Below are positions 9,427 to 18,682 of a stretch of DNA of 64,000 nucleotides, piece by piece. This DNA comes from Candidatus Versatilivorator sp. (lineage in GTDB: Bacteria; Acidobacteriota; Terriglobia; Versatilivoradales; Versatilivoraceae), in NCBI GenBank assembly GCA_965207735.1, contig OZ242296.1:5088001-5152000 (forward strand), written 5' to 3'. Under the pieces are notes generated by a model. The model had not been told where the DNA came from and did not search any database. It saw nothing but the letters and a program-made list of their open reading frames with translations. The translations under genes were made by a program, and so were the position numbers. The stretch's first letter is position 1, and each line of letters begins with the position of its first letter.

Positions 9427-10360
9427 CGGGAACCGCCTTAACCCAGAGGGCGCGGTGATCGGAGAATCCGATCCTTTGCACGCGTCGGTCCTGGGCCTTC
9501 AATTTCCTGAGAAAGATCCAATCCAGCTTGAGCGGAGCCCAGGCATGGGTGCGCCCGGTTTGGGTAAAGGGTGTGGTGTATCCGTAAGTCTTCAGCCTGG
9601 CCAAAACGGGCCTGACCTGGCGATGGAGGAAGGGCAGGGGAAGCAGGTTTTCAACCCAGAGATAGTTCTGGGTGTTGAGGTCGCCGGCGATCAGAGAGGC
9701 TTGGGGCAGTTTTGAGGCGGCCTCGAGCACGGGATGAAGCTGCCGGCAGCGCTGTTTCAGGTTGATGCGGGTGTCCAGATGGAGGTTGACCAGGCCGACG
9801 GCGCCCAGGGGTGTGGCCGCAATGGCGGTCAGGGCAATGCGGCAGCGATTGTTGACCTTGAGGATAAAGCGGGGCAGATGGATGACCTCGGGGTCTTGCA
9901 GGGGGTAGCGGCTGAGAATGGCCAGTCCCTGGGCGCCGTTTTCTCCCACTCGCTGAGCCGGGGCGAAGAGATAGTCATAGCCGAGGTGTTTGGCAAGCCG
10001 GTCGATTACAAGGGAGCCCCGATCGGGGTGGTGCTCGACTTCCTGGAAGAAGAACAGATCGGACTGGAGGAGCTGGACCCTTTCCAGTTCCCGTTGAATA
10101 TTGCGGAAGGAAGTCTCGGTGGCCAGATTCAGGCTGGTGGCTGTCAGGCTGAGGGCCGGGGAGCGGACCGCCTGGTGGAATCTGCCGAATCGGGGGGCGA
10201 CCTCCAGGCACACCGGCCGGGTTCCACCCTCGCCGGGGATGGCGAGCGCCGAAAGGGTCAGAAAGACCGGCAGTAGACACTTGATAGTGAATCGGAAGCA
10301 GCCGTTGAAAAAACGGTTACACGATATTGTCGCCGGGAAAATGTTTCCTCGCACACTCAC
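9383..10360 (-). CDS. Endonuclease/exonuclease/phosphatase (EEP) family protein; start uncertain
   Basis: Motifs TSLN, FQEV, NLHLD, AGDLN, LDWIF, SDHRAL. Confidence 0.85.
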   Translation of the reverse strand: MSVRGNIFPATISCNRFFNGCFRFTIKCLLPVFLTLSALAIPGEGGTRPVCLEVAPRFGRFHQAVRSPALSLTATSLNLATETSFRNIQRELERVQLLQSDLFFFQEVEHHPDRGSLVIDRLAKHLGYDYLFAPAQRVGENGAQGLAILSRYPLQDPEVIHLPRFILKVNNRCRIALTAIAATPLGAVGLVNLHLDTRINLKQRCRQLHPVLEAASKLPQASLIAGDLNTQNYLWVENLLPLPFLHRQVRPVLARLKTYGYTTPFTQTGRTHAWAPLKLDWIFLRKLKAQDRRVQRIGFSDHRALWVKAVPDKSRPRPAVRFMRE

Positions 10361-10411
10361 AGATATTGAACGTTTGCAGGATGCATCCAGCGACCCGGTG
10401 AGAAATGCGGG

Positions 10412-11431
10412 CTAGGGCCAGGGGCGTCCGGCATCGGTGGCCTGGATCATGCGCTCCAGCCTGTCGGCAATGTAGCGGGTGCCGATGGCAATCAGCTTCT
10501 CCCCTTTTTCCGTGCTGGCCAGCAGGGCCTGCTCCTGACGGGCGCGGTCTCTGGGGTTTTCGGGGTTGGTGGTCCGCTGGGCATCGAAGGGTTCCATATA
10601 CTCCCAGACCTTGGGCGGCATGTCCGATTCATAGTTCAGACCGGCCCGGTCGTATTCCTCCAGGGTGACGAAACGCACCCGGTCCGGATAGGCGGCCATG
10701 ACGATCGAGGTTTCGTTTTCGGAGGCATGGCTGTGGCCGGTCTGGCGGGCGAGTGTGTCCAGCTCCCCGTCCAGCTTCTGCCGGTAGGAGGTCAGGAAGG
10801 TGGCCAACTCCTCCTCCTTGTAACCCTCCCCGTAGGAGACGGCATCCAGGGTGACGCCCAGTTTGCGGCGCCACTCCGGGACCGCCCCCTTGAGCAGGCC
10901 ATGGTTTCCCCCGTGGCCGTTGACCACCAGGATGGTGCCGAACCCGTGAGCGGTGAGGCTTTCGATCACGTCGAAGACATAAGCCAGAAAGGTTTCCTTG
11001 CGCAAGGTGAGGGTTCCCTTGCGGGCCATGTGATATGGGGAGTAACCCACCGGGCAGGGCGTGGAGACCGTCACCCGGGGGTAGAGCCGGAGGGCGGCCT
11101 GTTGAGCAAACAAGGTGGCGGTGGCGGCGTCTGTGATCAGCGCCAGGTGTTCGTTGTGCTGCTCGGTGGATCCGGTAGGCACGATGGCCGCCTTGAGATC
11201 GCCGCTCTGAAGAGCTTCCCGGACTTCCTTGCGGGTTCGTTCCCACAGCAGAACTTTCTGGGGATGGACAAAGCCGGAGGAAGAGCCGGCCATGGAGGAG
11301 GAGATCAGGGGGGCGGAGCGAGAATCGTAGGCCGCTGCCGGAGCAGAAGTGGGGGACCCAAGGATGGATCCGGCAGCCCCGGCGGCGCCCAGGGATTGCA
11401 GAAACCTTCGACGAGAAAACCCTGGTTGCAT
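10412..11431 (-). CDS. Creatininase family amidohydrolase with Tat signal
   Basis: GSTEQHNEHL..D, VNGHGGN, HASENETS; FSRRRFL. Confidence 0.88.
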   Translation of the reverse strand: MQPGFSRRRFLQSLGAAGAAGSILGSPTSAPAAAYDSRSAPLISSSMAGSSSGFVHPQKVLLWERTRKEVREALQSGDLKAAIVPTGSTEQHNEHLALITDAATATLFAQQAALRLYPRVTVSTPCPVGYSPYHMARKGTLTLRKETFLAYVFDVIESLTAHGFGTILVVNGHGGNHGLLKGAVPEWRRKLGVTLDAVSYGEGYKEEELATFLTSYRQKLDGELDTLARQTGHSHASENETSIVMAAYPDRVRFVTLEEYDRAGLNYESDMPPKVWEYMEPFDAQRTTNPENPRDRARQEQALLASTEKGEKLIAIGTRYIADRLERMIQATDAGRPWP

Positions 11432-11460
11432 CGCACAATCTCCTTCGCGACCGTGACATT

Positions 11461-11571
11461 CCGTCGCGGTTAACCTCAGCGCCTTAGTGGCCCTTCGTCG
11501 TTCTTCGTGCCCCTTCGTGGATAAGTCTTTTTCTTTGTCTCTTGTCGTTTTTCGGTTGTTTCAGACAAGCC
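11461..11571 (-). repeat. Family A dispersed repeat, copy 2
   Basis: Reverse complement reads ...TTATCCACGAAGGGGCA|CGAAGAACGACGAAGGGCCACTAAGGCGCTGAGGTTAACCGCGACGG. Confidence 0.9.
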
Positions 11572-12557
11572 TACCGCTTGAAAAAGAAGTCCTCGGCGGT
11601 CTTGATCAGGATCTGCTCCTTGTCCGCCGGGCTGAGAAAGTCGGCATGGTCCCGAATGAGGGCCACGGCCGGTTCAATTCCGTGCGGAGGGTCGGGCAAG
11701 GGATGCCTGGAGGGGCGGTCGGGAGGGAAAGGCGCATCGCTCTCCCACATACATCGTTCCGGACCGAAGGCCGCCACCACCCTCTTGATCAAGGGCAGCA
11801 GACTGGTGTAGGGAGGGGTTCTGCCTCGACTGTAGAAGGCTCCCACTTTCATCATGACCCGCTTGTGGTCGGCCATGCGCAGCAGGGCGGTCACTTCCTC
11901 TTCGGAGGAGCCCTCGTTAACCCCGGCCAGGTGGTCCAGGATGATGGGAGTTTCCGGGTAGCGGCTGCACATGCGGTCGATTTCGGGGAGATCCCGGGGG
12001 CCCATCAGGAAGCTCAGCGCCAGGTTGTGGTCGGCCCCCGCCTTGAACATTTTGTCGAATCCGGGGTGGTCCATCCACTGCGGGCCTCCTCCGAGGGGAG
12101 GACGGGTGCTGCCGCCGCGTACGCGAAAGGCGTAGACGCCCTGTTTGGAGAGTGCCACCATGGTCCGGTCGGGGCCGGCCAGGGAGACGTCGGTGACCGC
12201 CGGAATGATGCCGGTGCCTACGAAGTGTTCGGGGTCGTTGGCGATGACGTCCAGGATGTAGGAGTGGTCGAGGCCGTACCAGGTCATCTGGATCAGGTTG
12301 ATCTTGCCTACTCCGGACCGATGAGCCTCCTCGAGGAGCCTCTCCGCCGAAAAGCTCGGCACCCAGAGGTCTTCGGGCGTGAAGCCGTCAGCAAGCGGAA
12401 AGCGCTTGTGGTCGGAGCTCCAGATGTGAACGTGGGCATCCACGATGCGATGTTCGGTGGGCTTCGGTTTGGTGGGGTCCTTGCTGCCGCACGCCGCCGC
12501 CATCAGTCCGGCCCCTCCGGCTGCCAGCAGCCATTCGCGCCGGCTCATGCTGTCCAT
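11571..12557 (-). CDS. Amidohydrolase_2 family (lactonase-like), Tat lipoprotein
   Basis: VDAHVH, ILDHLA, MWESDAP; MSRREWL...MAAAC. Confidence 0.85.
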   Translation of the reverse strand: MDSMSRREWLLAAGGAGLMAAACGSKDPTKPKPTEHRIVDAHVHIWSSDHKRFPLADGFTPEDLWVPSFSAERLLEEAHRSGVGKINLIQMTWYGLDHSYILDVIANDPEHFVGTGIIPAVTDVSLAGPDRTMVALSKQGVYAFRVRGGSTRPPLGGGPQWMDHPGFDKMFKAGADHNLALSFLMGPRDLPEIDRMCSRYPETPIILDHLAGVNEGSSEEEVTALLRMADHKRVMMKVGAFYSRGRTPPYTSLLPLIKRVVAAFGPERCMWESDAPFPPDRPSRHPLPDPPHGIEPAVALIRDHADFLSPADKEQILIKTAEDFFFKR

Positions 12558-12569
12558 GACTGACCTCCC

Positions 12570-13592
12570 TCAACCTTCCCGCTTCACCTCGGAGTGGGAG
12601 CGGGCAATTTCGGCGATGACCGCCTTGTCCTGCTCAGCAACCTGGGTTCCCGGCGGCCTGACCGGCCCACCGGCCCGCCCCAGCGACTCCAGGGCCACCT
12701 TGATGGCGCTGATGCCATACCCGGGCTGAACCCCGCGCAGCTTGACCACCGGCTCGATCTTGTCCTTGAGCACCCGGTTCATCGGTTCCTTCTCTCCCGC
12801 CACGCCGTGCTTCCAGAAGGCGTGGCTGGCCTGGGGAACGAAAGTGGCCACCGCGGTGGTGTAGGCGCGGCCGCCCACCGGCAGGGTCTTGGCGGCGTGG
12901 CCCTCGCCTTCGGCCACCCAGAGGAAGTCGTCCGGAACCAGGTCGCCCAGGGCCAGACCCACCTGGGTGTCGCCGCTGGGGTCCTTGAAGCCGATGACGT
13001 TCTCGATCCGCGACAGTCTCTTCAACAGGCCAGGCCAGTACTCCTCGGACCGCGGATAGATGAGCACTCCGATGTCGACCGCCTTGGCCACGTCCAGGCA
13101 GCAGCGGTAGGTGCCCTCCTCCAGGCCCCAGCGGGAGCCCGGCGGAAAGATCAGCACGGCATCGGCCCCCGACTGTTCCGCATTGCGGGCCATGCTCAAT
13201 GCGTTGCGGTATCCGCCGCCGACCCCCGCCACCACCGGCATTTTCCCGTCGGCCCCGGCCACCGCCGCCGTGACCAGCGCCCGATGCTCTTCGATGTCCA
13301 GGCTGTAGAGCTCGCCCAGTCCCCCGGCAACCACGATGGTCATATTCTGGTGGAAGCCGCGGGCGTGATCGGCCACGTTGCGACGGAGCCCCTCCGAATC
13401 CAGCTCGAAGTCGGGGTGAAAGGTGGTGACCATGAAGTTGTGCACGCCCTGCAGGGACTGAATCAGATCCCTGCGGTTGCGGGCCTTTCCCGACCGTGGA
13501 GCGGCCTGGCAGGCGGCCATGGGACCCAGTGCCAGAGTTCCGGCGACCAGCGCAAGGTTCTGAACGAATCCTCTTCTGCTGTGTTCTCTCAT
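12570..13592 (-). CDS. DHDPS family protein (5-dehydro-4-deoxyglucarate dehydratase-like), Tat lipoprotein
   Basis: GGLGE, IYPR, IGFKD catalytic Lys; HSRRGFV...MAAC; GGAG RBS before ATG at 13592. Confidence 0.8.
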   Translation of the reverse strand: MREHSRRGFVQNLALVAGTLALGPMAACQAAPRSGKARNRRDLIQSLQGVHNFMVTTFHPDFELDSEGLRRNVADHARGFHQNMTIVVAGGLGELYSLDIEEHRALVTAAVAGADGKMPVVAGVGGGYRNALSMARNAEQSGADAVLIFPPGSRWGLEEGTYRCCLDVAKAVDIGVLIYPRSEEYWPGLLKRLSRIENVIGFKDPSGDTQVGLALGDLVPDDFLWVAEGEGHAAKTLPVGGRAYTTAVATFVPQASHAFWKHGVAGEKEPMNRVLKDKIEPVVKLRGVQPGYGISAIKVALESLGRAGGPVRPPGTQVAEQDKAVIAEIARSHSEVKREG

Positions 13593-13656
13593 GGCGCGTC
13601 TCCGGTTTCTTGCCACTCCAACCCGCGGTCAGGACCGGCTGACCTAACTCGGCGCC

Positions 13657-13685
13657 ATCATACTTGGTTGACCGGCGGCCAGCAA
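13657..13685 (-). promoter_or_regulatory. Putative sigma70 promoter for the DHDPS/amidohydrolase genes
   Basis: Minus strand TTGCTG-17 nt-TATGAT. Confidence 0.5.
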
Positions 13686-13774
13686 CCCCCATCTGGCCGC
13701 CCTCGACCCCATTGACAAGGCGCTTTCGGTCTGGATAGTCTCTCCCGGAAGCAAGACCGTTTCGGGAGGGAAGA

Positions 13775-14860
13775 GTGGTTCCGGTTTCCGGAGAAGAGGC
13801 GCGGCGGTCCTTCTGGTCGGGACGTCCGGTCATCGACTGCGACCTGCACAACGAAGTGCCCTCGCTGGAGGTGCTGAAGCCCTATCTGGCCGACCACTGG
13901 TGCGCCTATATCGAGGAGTCGGCCTTTCGGGGGCCGGATGCCGACGACTATCCCAAGGGAGCGCCAACCTCCATTCGACCGGGACTGGACTGGGAGGGAG
14001 AGGTGGAGGGGCAGCTTGCCCTCATGCAGGAGCAGGTGCTCGACCCGCTCCAGATCGAATTCGGTGTGCTGGACTGCGCCTACCGGGTTCAGGGGGTGCA
14101 CGACCCCAACCTGGCCGCGGCCCTGGCCTCGGCCATCAACCGGTGGCAGGTCGAGCACTGGTTGGACAAGGATCCCAGGTTGCGGGCTTCCATTGTGGCC
14201 CCCACCCAGAGCCCGGTGCTGGCGGCAAGGGAAGTCGACCGCTGGGGCGCCGATCCCCGTTTCGTACAGGCGGTCATGCCGGTCCGGTCGCTCATCCCGT
14301 ACGGCAACCGGATTTACGATCCCATCTATGAGGCGGCCACCCGCCACGATCTGGTGGTGGGGATTCAGTTCGGAGGAGCCCCCGGCCATCCCCCCACCCC
14401 CAGTGGCTGGCTCTCCACTTATCTGGAGGAGTACGCCGCCATGGCCCAGGTCTTTCAGTCCCAGGTGACCAGTTTGATCGTGGAAGGCGTGTTCGACCGC
14501 TTTCCCGACCTGAGAGTGGCTTTGATCGAGGCGGGCTGCACCTGGATGCCTTCGCTGATGTGGCGGCTCGACAAGGAGTGGCGGGGCCTGCGCCGAGACA
14601 TCCCCTGGGTCAAGCGCCCGCCCTCCGAATACATCCGCCGGCACATCCGACTCACGCTGCAGCCCGTGGATGCTCCGCCGTCTCCCGGGCAGCTCCTGGA
14701 GGTCATCGGCCAACTGGACTCCGACGAGATGCTGATGTTCGCCACCGACCATCCCCACTGGCACTTCGATCGCCTGGAAGAGGCCTTTCCGGCAGGCTTG
14801 TCCGAGTCCCTTGCCCGCCGGATACTGGCCGAAAACGCCCGCTCCTTTTACCGGCTCTAG
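13775..14860 (+). CDS. Amidohydrolase-fold protein, subunit 1 of a probable amidohydrolase-related dinuclear oxygenase
   Basis: IDCDLH, IEAG, TLQP, ATDHPHW; paralog of the next gene; Rieske gene follows. Confidence 0.8.
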   Translation: MVPVSGEEARRSFWSGRPVIDCDLHNEVPSLEVLKPYLADHWCAYIEESAFRGPDADDYPKGAPTSIRPGLDWEGEVEGQLALMQEQVLDPLQIEFGVLDCAYRVQGVHDPNLAAALASAINRWQVEHWLDKDPRLRASIVAPTQSPVLAAREVDRWGADPRFVQAVMPVRSLIPYGNRIYDPIYEAATRHDLVVGIQFGGAPGHPPTPSGWLSTYLEEYAAMAQVFQSQVTSLIVEGVFDRFPDLRVALIEAGCTWMPSLMWRLDKEWRGLRRDIPWVKRPPSEYIRRHIRLTLQPVDAPPSPGQLLEVIGQLDSDEMLMFATDHPHWHFDRLEEAFPAGLSESLARRILAENARSFYRL

Positions 14861-14875
14861 ATCGAGCCTTTGATT

Positions 14876-15020
14876 AACATCGATGCGCAGGATGCACAGG
14901 ATTTGTTCAGGAAACGCCCAGTTTCCATTCTTGAGCATCCGCAATCCCGCCTCTCATCATTGCCGGAGCCGGCTTCTCGTGCAGCAGCGTCCCGTACTGG
15001 TTATCCTGTGCATCGATGTT
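14876..15020. repeat. Family C element, copy 2 (reverse orientation), between two co-oriented paralogous genes
   Basis: AACATCGATGCGCAGGAT...ATCCTGTGCATCGATGTT; core matches reverse complement of copy 1. Confidence 0.88.
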
Positions 15021-15108
15021 GATTATGAAAAAATATCGATCCCCCACGCGTGTTAAGATGGGAACGCCTGGGGACAAGACCAGGCGGGGCACTGGAGAGC
15101 TCACAATA

Positions 15109-16209
15109 ATGGCGACAGCGATAAGCTCAACACCATCCCCGACCGACCGCAAAAAGTCGCAGTTGGAGGTCATCGACTGCGACATCCACAACATCATCCC
15201 CTCCAATGAGACCCTCTACAAGTACCTGCCGGAGCGCTGGCGCCGGCACCATCAGAGGTTCGGACTTCGCGGCCATCTGGGAGGAAATTATCCGCGGGCG
15301 CTGATGAACGCCGCCCGGCACGATGCCTGGCCGCCTTCGGGATTGCCGGCGGGCTCGGATCTGGAGTTCATGCGGGAGCAGTTGCTGGACGCCTATGACA
15401 TCCGATACGGCATCCTCAACTGCCTTTACGGGGCCGGCGGTCAACTCAACCTGGAGTACGGGGCCGCGCTGGCCCGGGCGATCAACGACTGGCAGATCGC
15501 CGAGTGGCTGGAACCGGAGCCCAGGCTGCGCGCCTCCATTGTCGTTCCCTACGAGGATGGGGAACTGGCGGCGGAAGAGATCGATCGGGTGGGAGGCCAT
15601 CCGGGATTCGTTCAGGTCCTCATGCTGGTTCGGACCAACGAGCCCCTGGGCCGGCCCAGGTACCGCAAGATCTACCAGGCCGCGCTGCGCCACCAACTGC
15701 CGGTGGGCATCCATTTCGGCGGCGCTGGCGCAGGACCCATTACCGGGGCCGGCTGGCCCTCCCACTACATCGAGGACCATGGGGGCATGCCCCAGGCCTT
15801 TCAGGCCCAGGTCATCAGCTTGGTTTGCGAGGGTGTGTTCGAGCAATTTCCCGCGTTAAAAGTGGCCCTGATCGAAGGGGGCTTCGCCTGGCTGGCTCCG
15901 CTCATGTGGCGGTTGGACCACGGTTGGCGCAAGCTTTCCGAGGAGATCCCCGCGCTCCGGCACCCGCCATCCACCTACGTTCGGAAGCATTTCTGGTTCA
16001 CCTCCCAGCCGATGGAAGAGCCTCCCCAGCCGCGCTACTTCCGGCAATTGCTGGAGCAGATGGACACCGATGACCGAATGATGTTTGCCACCGACTATCC
16101 GCACTGGGACTTCGATTCCCCGGAGAGCGCTCTGCCGGCCGGCTTGGCTCTGGAGTTGAAGAAGAAAATCATGTCGGAGAACGCGCGCGGGCTCTATGGT
16201 CTTGACTAG
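15109..16209 (+). CDS. Amidohydrolase-fold protein, subunit 2 of a probable amidohydrolase-related dinuclear oxygenase
   Basis: IDCDIH, GIHFGG, IEDH, IEGG, SQPMEEP, ATDYPHWD. Confidence 0.82.
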   Translation: MATAISSTPSPTDRKKSQLEVIDCDIHNIIPSNETLYKYLPERWRRHHQRFGLRGHLGGNYPRALMNAARHDAWPPSGLPAGSDLEFMREQLLDAYDIRYGILNCLYGAGGQLNLEYGAALARAINDWQIAEWLEPEPRLRASIVVPYEDGELAAEEIDRVGGHPGFVQVLMLVRTNEPLGRPRYRKIYQAALRHQLPVGIHFGGAGAGPITGAGWPSHYIEDHGGMPQAFQAQVISLVCEGVFEQFPALKVALIEGGFAWLAPLMWRLDHGWRKLSEEIPALRHPPSTYVRKHFWFTSQPMEEPPQPRYFRQLLEQMDTDDRMMFATDYPHWDFDSPESALPAGLALELKKKIMSENARGLYGLD

Positions 16210-16262
16210 GCTCCTCCCCAACCCGCCGGCCACAGCTCTTGGGGCGCCCCCCCTGAAATCGG

Positions 16263-16718
16263 ATGAGCCCAATGGCTGAGCACGTGGTGGCCACCCTTGG
16301 CGAGATACCGCCCGGCGGCCGGAAGATTGCCGAGGTCGAAGGCCGATCCATCGGCGTCTTCAACCTGAACGGCCGGTTCTTCGCCCTCTTGAATCGGTGT
16401 CCCCACCAGGGAGGCCCCCTCTGTCTGGGACAGCAGTCCGGTTTGCTCCAGGCCCGGGTTCCGGGCGAGTACAGCTATTCGCGCATCGGCGAGATCGTCC
16501 GCTGCCCCTGGCACGGTTGGGAGTTCGATCTCAAGACGGGGCGGTCCTGGTTCGATCCGGTTCGGACCCGGGTTCGCAACTATCGGGTTCGGGTGGAGAC
16601 CAGGGAATCCGAATGCGGGGGTTGTGAGGAGGAAGCCGGCCCCCGGCCGGGACCCTATCGGGCGGAAACCTATCCGGTTTCGGTCCGGCAGCAATACGTG
16701 GTGGTCGAGATTCCCTGA
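16263..16718 (+). CDS. Rieske [2Fe-2S] ferredoxin
   Basis: CPHQGG and CPWHGW motifs. Confidence 0.92.
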   Translation: MSPMAEHVVATLGEIPPGGRKIAEVEGRSIGVFNLNGRFFALLNRCPHQGGPLCLGQQSGLLQARVPGEYSYSRIGEIVRCPWHGWEFDLKTGRSWFDPVRTRVRNYRVRVETRESECGGCEEEAGPRPGPYRAETYPVSVRQQYVVVEIP

Positions 16719-16808
16719 CCGGAAGGCATCGCGCCGGGTGCGAAATCGCCGATTCGGCACTCGCCCGGACTAGAGCTACCAGCGCAAACAGACGGGAGGT
16801 GGATATAC

Positions 16809-18347
16809 ATGTGGCGAGGACCGGACCTGGCGGTGATCGGGCTCAATCTGGCGGTGATGGTCTGGATCGGCGTCTATTGCGCCCGCAAGAGCAAGTCCTC
16901 GGACGCCTACTTCCTGGCCGGGCGCAACATGGCCGGATGGGTGGTGGGAATGTCGATGATGGCCACCATCGTCAGCTCCATGACCTTCCTGGCCACACCG
17001 GGATTTACCTATTCCGAAAACTGGCGCTACATGCCGGCCAACTTCACCTACCTGCTGGCCGCCATCCCCGGGCTCCTGCTATTTATGCCGCTCTTCAGGC
17101 GGGGTGGGTTCCGGTCCGCCTACGAATACCTGGAAAAGCGGTTCGGCACCTGGGCGCGGCTCTATGCCGGAGGGGCCTTCATCCTGTTCCAGATGTTCCG
17201 GCTGGGCGTGATCCTCTACGCGGTCTGCCTGCCCATCAAGGCCATGACCGGATTTTCGCTGCCGTGGGTGATCGTGATCTTCGGGGTCTTGGTGGCCGCC
17301 TATACCATCGCCGGAGGTCTGGAGGCGGTCATCTGGACCGACTTGATCCAGGGTTTTGCCTTGATCCTGGGTGGACTCATCTGCCTGCCCATCATCTTCG
17401 GGATGGTGCCGGGCGGCTTCGGCCAGGTGATGGGAGTGGCGTTGGCCGACGGCAAGCTCTCGGTGGGCAGCACCGCCTTGAATTTCTCTGAAAAGACCGT
17501 TTGGGTGACAGCGCTCATGCACCTGTTCCACTTTACCCAGTACATGTGCGTCAATCAGATGACCATTCAGCGCTACCAGGCTATCAAGACCACCAGCGAA
17601 GCTCGCAAGGGGATCGTCCTGAGCGCGGTCACCACCGTGGCCGTCTGGGTGTTTTTCAGCTTTATCGGGACGGCGCTCTACGTCCTCTACAAGTACAATC
17701 CGGCTCCGGAAGTAGGGACGCTGCTGCCGGAGGAGGTATACCCCTTCTTCATTCTCAGCCACGTCCCGGCCGGAGTGGCCGGCTTCGTGATCTCGGGACT
17801 GCTGGCGGCGGCCATGTCGACCCTCGATTCCAGCATCAACGCCTCGGCGGCCACGGTCACCACCGACTTCTATCGACGGTTGTTGGCCCCCGACCGGTTG
17901 GAGCGCCATTACGTCACCTTCGGAAGATGGATCTCGGGGTTCTTCGGAGTGGTCATGATCGCCATCGCCCTGATCATCCACTTCACCCGCACCGAGACTC
18001 TGCAGGACCTTCAAGCCACCCTGATCTCCATCATGAGCGGGGGACTGCTGGGACTGTTCCTGCTGGGCCTGTTGACTCGACGGGTGGACGGCCGGTCGGC
18101 CCTGCAGGCCACCATGGTCACCCTGGCCGGGGTCTGCCTGTGGCTGTTCATCGACAGCCGGTTGGGCGCAGAGCTGTTTCCGTCCCTTGCCGCCCTGCTT
18201 CCCGACAAGTTCTGGATCATCGTGCTGGGCAACATCTTCCTGTTTGTGCTGGGAGTCGCGCTGAGCTACGGGTCACGGCGCAAGCCGGACCGTGACCTGA
18301 CCGATCTCACCGTCTGGACCGAAAGCGCCGGTAAAGTGAAAGCCTGA
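16809..18347 (+). CDS. Sodium:solute symporter (SSS) family transporter
   Basis: YFLAGR, SAYEYLEKRF, GGLEAVIWTD, AAAMSTLDS; many hydrophobic helices. Confidence 0.92.
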   Translation: MWRGPDLAVIGLNLAVMVWIGVYCARKSKSSDAYFLAGRNMAGWVVGMSMMATIVSSMTFLATPGFTYSENWRYMPANFTYLLAAIPGLLLFMPLFRRGGFRSAYEYLEKRFGTWARLYAGGAFILFQMFRLGVILYAVCLPIKAMTGFSLPWVIVIFGVLVAAYTIAGGLEAVIWTDLIQGFALILGGLICLPIIFGMVPGGFGQVMGVALADGKLSVGSTALNFSEKTVWVTALMHLFHFTQYMCVNQMTIQRYQAIKTTSEARKGIVLSAVTTVAVWVFFSFIGTALYVLYKYNPAPEVGTLLPEEVYPFFILSHVPAGVAGFVISGLLAAAMSTLDSSINASAATVTTDFYRRLLAPDRLERHYVTFGRWISGFFGVVMIAIALIIHFTRTETLQDLQATLISIMSGGLLGLFLLGLLTRRVDGRSALQATMVTLAGVCLWLFIDSRLGAELFPSLAALLPDKFWIIVLGNIFLFVLGVALSYGSRRKPDRDLTDLTVWTESAGKVKA

Positions 18348-18392
18348 AGGGGCAGATCTGCTGGCGAGGATTCGCCTCCGCGGGGCTGCCCG

Positions 18393-18656
18393 TGGTAGTC
18401 ACTCTCGGAGCGCCGCGTTGGCCCCCCTCCGGATCGACTGCGGGCTGGCGCCCTTGTCTCTCCGACTCCCCCTCAAGGGGGGAGTGATACTTGAGGCTTG
18501 CATCAGGCGCCTTGCCCGATTCCTGGGCAGGATGTAAACCATGTTCCCGGTCTACCGCATAAACTCCGTTCCCTCTTCATAACACGGGTATCACTCCCCC
18601 CTTGAGGGGGAGTCGCAGAAGTCGAGCCGAATGGCGAAGGCTGATGCGGAGGGGGG
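18393..18656. repeat. Family P palindromic composite repeat between convergent genes
   Basis: Two ACTCCCCC(C)TTGAGGGGGAGT-type palindromes around a ~110-bp core; reverse complement of 39261-39522. Confidence 0.88.
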
Positions 18657-18682
18657 CATACGCCGGTCCGCCGGTGCGGGCG

